DNA from: Candidatus Saccharimonadota bacterium
GTDB lineage: Bacteria; Pseudomonadota; Gammaproteobacteria; Enterobacterales; Enterobacteriaceae
Direction: 5' to 3'
NCBI GenBank assembly: GCA_041942055.1
Contig: CP145874.1
Span: 1 to 32,000, forward strand
Length of the DNA stretch: 32,000 nt
Below the pieces are notes generated by a model. That model ran no database searches, was not told the origin of the DNA, and saw only the letters and a list, made by a program, of their open reading frames with translations. The first letter of the stretch is position 1. The number at the start of each line of letters is the position of its first letter. Below, piece after piece: positions 28,303-32,000 of the stretch. A program made the position numbers and the translations under genes.

Positions 28303-29238
28303 TTAATCAACTATCTTTTCTGCAATACGTAAAATTGCACTTCTAGCACGTCTATTATGATTTACTTCTCTTTTAGTGGGTTTAATTCTTGCAATAGGTT
28401 TTAATAATTTATAACTACGACTATTCAATTCTGCTTTTGTTAAAGGAATATCATGAGGTATGAATGTAGCACTACTGTACTTATTAATAAAACGTTTTAC
28501 CATTCTATCTTCGAGGGAATGGAAGCTAATCACCGATAAACGTCCTGACTTTCGTAAAACTACCAACGCACTTTGTAACACTTGCTCTAACTCTTTTAAT
28601 TCGTTGTTAATAAAAATTCGTATTGCTTGGAAACAACGAGTTGCTAGATGTTTATTAGATTTTATTCTACGTGGTAAAGTTGCATAAATAATATCTACAA
28701 GTTCTTTGGTACGTGTAATGGGTTTAGATTTAGAACGATAAATAATAGATCGAGCGATGCGTCGTGCAAAACGTTCTTCCCCAAAATTCTTTAAAACCCA
28801 GTAAATTTCATGTTCACTACAATTTAATAGCCACTCAGCAGCTGAAAAACCATTGGTTGGATCCATACGCATATCAAGTGGTCCATCATGCATAAAAGAA
28901 AAACCACGTTCGGCACTGTCAATTTGGTTAGATGAGATTCCAAGATCCAATAAAATTCCATCAACACGTCCAATTAATTTATTATCATTCATATAATTAG
29001 CTAACCGAGAAAATTGTCCCTGAATAATAGTAAATCTTGAATCAATAATACTAGTAGCCATTTCAATAGCTTGAGGATCACGATCAATGGCATATAAATG
29101 CCCTTTAGAATTCAATTGAGATAAAATTAATTTGGTATGACCACCTCTTCCAAACGTACCATCAATATATAAACCATTAGGTTTAATATTAAGACCTTTA
29201 ATAGCTTCATTTGCTAATACTGGAATATGAAAATTCAT
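28303..29238 (-). CDS. rsmH: 16S rRNA m4C1402 methyltransferase
   Basis: HIPVLANEAIKGLNIKPNGLYIDGTFGRGGH, AIDRDPQAI, LLDLGISSNQID, GPLDMRMD, ISFHSLEDR and NRRARSAILRIAEK match E. coli RsmH (MraW). Confidence 0.96.
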   Translation of the reverse strand: MNFHIPVLANEAIKGLNIKPNGLYIDGTFGRGGHTKLILSQLNSKGHLYAIDRDPQAIEMATSIIDSRFTIIQGQFSRLANYMNDNKLIGRVDGILLDLGISSNQIDSAERGFSFMHDGPLDMRMDPTNGFSAAEWLLNCSEHEIYWVLKNFGEERFARRIARSIIYRSKSKPITRTKELVDIIYATLPRRIKSNKHLATRCFQAIRIFINNELKELEQVLQSALVVLRKSGRLSVISFHSLEDRMVKRFINKYSSATFIPHDIPLTKAELNSRSYKLLKPIARIKPTKREVNHNRRARSAILRIAEKIVD

Positions 29239-29370
29239 ATCTTATGTATGTTATGGAAAATATCTAACTATAGATTATAATTTTGAATATAGAGTTATAT
29301 ATTCAGATGCTAATTTAAAATAACTATGAATTTTATTTCATGGAAGATTTCAACTGTTATCATATACCAA

Positions 29371-30351
29371 ATGAATATTTTTATCAGAATTAGTCTTTAT
29401 CTATTCTCTATACTATTTATATTTTTTTATAGTTTAGTAAAAGCATCTCCTGTGCTTATAGATAAAATTGCTGTAATTATGAATGATAATATTATTTTAA
29501 AAAGTGATATTGATTATATCGTAGATTTTATTAATGTGGAAAATATTAATTTTATCAATAACTTTAGAAGAGATAAACTAATTGAAGAAATCATATTAAA
29601 AAATATTTTATTGGAAATAGGAAAAGAACAAAATATTTCGGTAACTGAAAATACCATTTACAAAACTATCGCGCTTCATATCAAACATATGGCAGAGAGA
29701 AAACATATTCCACTCCATCAGTTTTATTATGATTTTTTTGCGAAATATAAATGGAAATATTATTTATTATATGGACAAATTCTCCATAATCTGATTATCA
29801 ATTCGGTTATTATAAATAATATTAAGAATTATGTAACAATAACACCATACGAAATAACACAACAGCTTAAAAAACCAACTAATTTAATTAGTAATTCGAA
29901 GATATTTATTACTGAAATGCATGTAAAACATATATTACTTACAAATGATAAACAAATACAAAAGCTAAATCAAATAGGTTTAGATATTAACAATCGAACA
30001 ATAAATTTTTATACAGCTGCTCATAAATCTTCTGAAGATTTCACTTCTGCTGCTTTTAAAGAAGGAGATTTAGGTTGGATAACTCCAGATATGTTAGGTG
30101 AACCATTAGGTTTCATTTTGTTAAATTTAAATAAAAATGATATCAGTGTTCCCATTTTTTCTCAAAATAGTTGGCACTTAATTCAACTCCAAGAAACACG
30201 TAAAACCAATAAAACTGATATTCTTTTGAAAGAACGAGCATTACGCATTCTATATCAACAAAAATGGAATTTTGAAATCCAACAATGGATAAGAAAACAA
30301 TCTGAAAACGCTTATGTTAAAATACTAGATACCGAATATAAATTCCATTAA
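29371..30351 (+). CDS. surA: periplasmic chaperone SurA, short form with a single parvulin domain
   Basis: From ATG 29371 the N-terminus MNIFIRISLYLFSILFIFFYSLVKA|SPVLIDKIAVIMND is a signal peptide followed by the SurA start (E. coli APQVVDKVAAVVNN). The C-terminal half, HVKHILL...GDLGWITPDML...SWHLIQLQETR...ENAYVKIL, aligns with E. coli parvulin domain 2 plus the C-terminal tail. The ORF track begins 15 codons upstream at 29326. Confidence 0.85.
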   Translation: MNIFIRISLYLFSILFIFFYSLVKASPVLIDKIAVIMNDNIILKSDIDYIVDFINVENINFINNFRRDKLIEEIILKNILLEIGKEQNISVTENTIYKTIALHIKHMAERKHIPLHQFYYDFFAKYKWKYYLLYGQILHNLIINSVIINNIKNYVTITPYEITQQLKKPTNLISNSKIFITEMHVKHILLTNDKQIQKLNQIGLDINNRTINFYTAAHKSSEDFTSAAFKEGDLGWITPDMLGEPLGFILLNLNKNDISVPIFSQNSWHLIQLQETRKTNKTDILLKERALRILYQQKWNFEIQQWIRKQSENAYVKILDTEYKFH

Positions 30352-30390
30352 AGATTAATACGGGTTTATTTTAAGTAGTGAGGACAATTT

Positions 30391-31233
30391 ATGATTAATA
30401 ATTCCAATATTTTTGCTCATAAAAAATTTAGTCAACATTTTCTTCATGATAAGAAGGTTATTAATAAAATAGTTGCGATTATTTCTCCTAAACCTGATGA
30501 TGATAATATACTTATTGAAATAGGTTCTGGTTTAGGTGCGTTAACTCAACCTATTAGTGAATATGTTAGAAATCTCACAGCCATTGAAATTGATCGAAAT
30601 TTAATAATAAATTTCCTCAAGAATAATGAGTCTCTTACAAAAAAATTAACTATCTATCAGCAAAATGTTCTAACCTTTAACTTTACTGAATTCTCACATA
30701 AAAAAAGAAAAATGTTACGTGTATTTGGAAACCTACCTTATAATATTTCTACTTCTCTGTTATTTCATCTTTTTGATCATATTAAAGTCATCAAAGATAT
30801 GCATTTTTTGTTACAAAAAGAGTTTGTAGATCGTATAATTGCTGTTCCAGGCTGTAAAGACTATGGCAGATTCAGTGTCATTTCACAATATTATTGTCGT
30901 CCTAGTTTTATTTTTGAAATCTTACCTAAATCTTTTCAACCAAAACCTAAAGTGAAATCAGCTTTAATACGTTTAATTCCACATGATATAATGCCAAATA
31001 AAGTTAAAAACGTTAACGATTTAAATCGCATTACCAATATAGCTTTTAGCCAACGAAGAAAAATGTTACGTAATAGTATGAAGAATTTATTTTCGTCAGA
31101 ATTTTTAGAACAAATAGGCATTTTTCCTACTTTACGTGCTGAGAATATTTCAGTAGCACTTTATTGTCAATTAGCGAATTTAATGAATGGGTTGACTTCA
31201 CACTCAACAAACAGTTTCTCCCCATTTAATTAA
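30391..31233 (+). CDS. rsmA: 16S rRNA (A1518/A1519) dimethyltransferase
   Basis: KKFSQHFLHD, the SAM-binding motif IEIGSGLGALT, VFGNLPYNIST, PKPKVKSALIRL and QRRKMLRNS match E. coli RsmA/KsgA. A GAGGA SD is present. Confidence 0.96.
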   Translation: MINNSNIFAHKKFSQHFLHDKKVINKIVAIISPKPDDDNILIEIGSGLGALTQPISEYVRNLTAIEIDRNLIINFLKNNESLTKKLTIYQQNVLTFNFTEFSHKKRKMLRVFGNLPYNISTSLLFHLFDHIKVIKDMHFLLQKEFVDRIIAVPGCKDYGRFSVISQYYCRPSFIFEILPKSFQPKPKVKSALIRLIPHDIMPNKVKNVNDLNRITNIAFSQRRKMLRNSMKNLFSSEFLEQIGIFPTLRAENISVALYCQLANLMNGLTSHSTNSFSPFN

Positions 31234-31257
31234 AAATGATGTATATAGGTTAATGTT

Positions 31258-32000
31258 ATGAGTACCTATTTAATTGGTGATGTTCATGGATGTTACAACG
31301 AATTATGTATCCTATTAAAGCGAGTGAATTTTGATCCTAAAAAAGATATACTTTGGTTGACTGGAGATCTTATTGCACGAGGACCTAATTCACTAAAAGT
31401 ACTACGTTATATTAGATCTTTGGAAAAATCCGTACGTTTAGTTTTAGGTAATCATGAGATTAATCTCATTGCATTATATGGAAACTATAATAAAAAAAAC
31501 AATAAGGATTTGGAAGAAATTATTAAAGCCTCAGATGCTGACGATCTTATCTATTGGTTACGTCACCAACCACTATTACAAATTGATGAAGAAAAAAAAA
31601 TTATTATGTCACATGCGGGCATTTATCCACAGTGGGATCTTAAGACTGCGAAAAAATGTGCACGAGAAGTAGAATTAATACTTGCAAGCGATAATTATAT
31701 TACTTTTTTTCATGATATGTACAATAGTAGTAATATGCTAAACAGTTGGAGCCCAAAATTAAAAGGTATTGTACGATGGCGATTTATCATGAATGTTCTA
31801 ACACGCATGCGTTATTGTTTTCCTAAAGGTCAACTAGATATGAAATGTAAAGATGCACCCTCTTATGCCCCAGCACCATTGCAACCATGGTTCTCTCTTC
31901 CTAACCGAATTTTATTATCATCAGATGATTATACTATAATTTTTGGTCATTGGGCTTCATTAAATAGTCAAGATACTACTCCAAATGGCATTATTGGTTT
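31258..32000 (+). CDS. apaH: bis(5'-nucleosyl)-tetraphosphatase, symmetrical (3' end lies beyond the window)
   Basis: This gene is not in the ORF track because no stop occurs within the window. Hand translation gives [67 protein letters not shown]...[27 protein letters not shown]...FGHWASL. It is collinear with E. coli ApaH ([16 protein letters not shown]...). Confidence 0.93.
   Translation, partial: MSTYLIGDVHGCYNELCILLKRVNFDPKKDILWLTGDLIARGPNSLKVLRYIRSLEKSVRLVLGNHEINLIALYGNYNKKNNKDLEEIIKASDADDLIYWLRHQPLLQIDEEKKIIMSHAGIYPQWDLKTAKKCAREVELILASDNYITFFHDMYNSSNMLNSWSPKLKGIVRWRFIMNVLTRMRYCFPKGQLDMKCKDAPSYAPAPLQPWFSLPNRILLSSDDYTIIFGHWASLNSQDTTPNGIIG

Overview
This is a strongly AT-rich, gene-dense chromosomal segment from a reduced-genome gammaproteobacterium. 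It is most likely an obligate, insect-type endosymbiont related to Enterobacterales. Almost every protein aligns by eye to its E. coli K-12 orthologue. The window is a mosaic of E. coli-collinear blocks: rrs-ppa | gmk-rpoZ | pyrE-dut-rpmB-rpmG-mutM | tpiA-fpr-glpK-hslUV | deoB-deoD-radA | corA ... proM-leuT-hisR-argX-rho-trxA-hdfR-trpT | aroE-tsaC-def-fmt | secA ... rsmH | surA-rsmA-apaH. Large intervening gene sets have been removed cleanly from between these blocks. I call 34 protein genes, including rpmG and a 3'-truncated apaH that the ORF track misses. I also call 5 tRNAs, the 5' end of a 16S rRNA, a divergent RNase P RNA, a sigma-32 promoter, a boxA-like rrn leader element and one canonical intrinsic terminator. 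I see no CRISPR array, IS element, integrase, phage gene, toxin-antitoxin pair or recognisable defence system, and I do not claim one. Three things stand out. (1) A non-syntenic two-gene module, a TM-anchored OmpA_C-domain protein plus a YsnF/DUF2382 protein of unknown function, is kept where about 25 kb of E. coli genes are gone. (2) The whole dcw/lpxC/secM block is absent between rsmH and secA. It is replaced by a DciA-like (DUF721) gene and rnpB, and lptD/mraZ and the ECA (wec) cluster are also missing at their usual loci. (3) The aroE-trpT-hdfR junction looks like the scar of an rrnD/rrnC recombination followed by loss of the rRNA genes. All comparisons to E. coli are from memory of the K-12 map and protein sequences. 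No searches were run.
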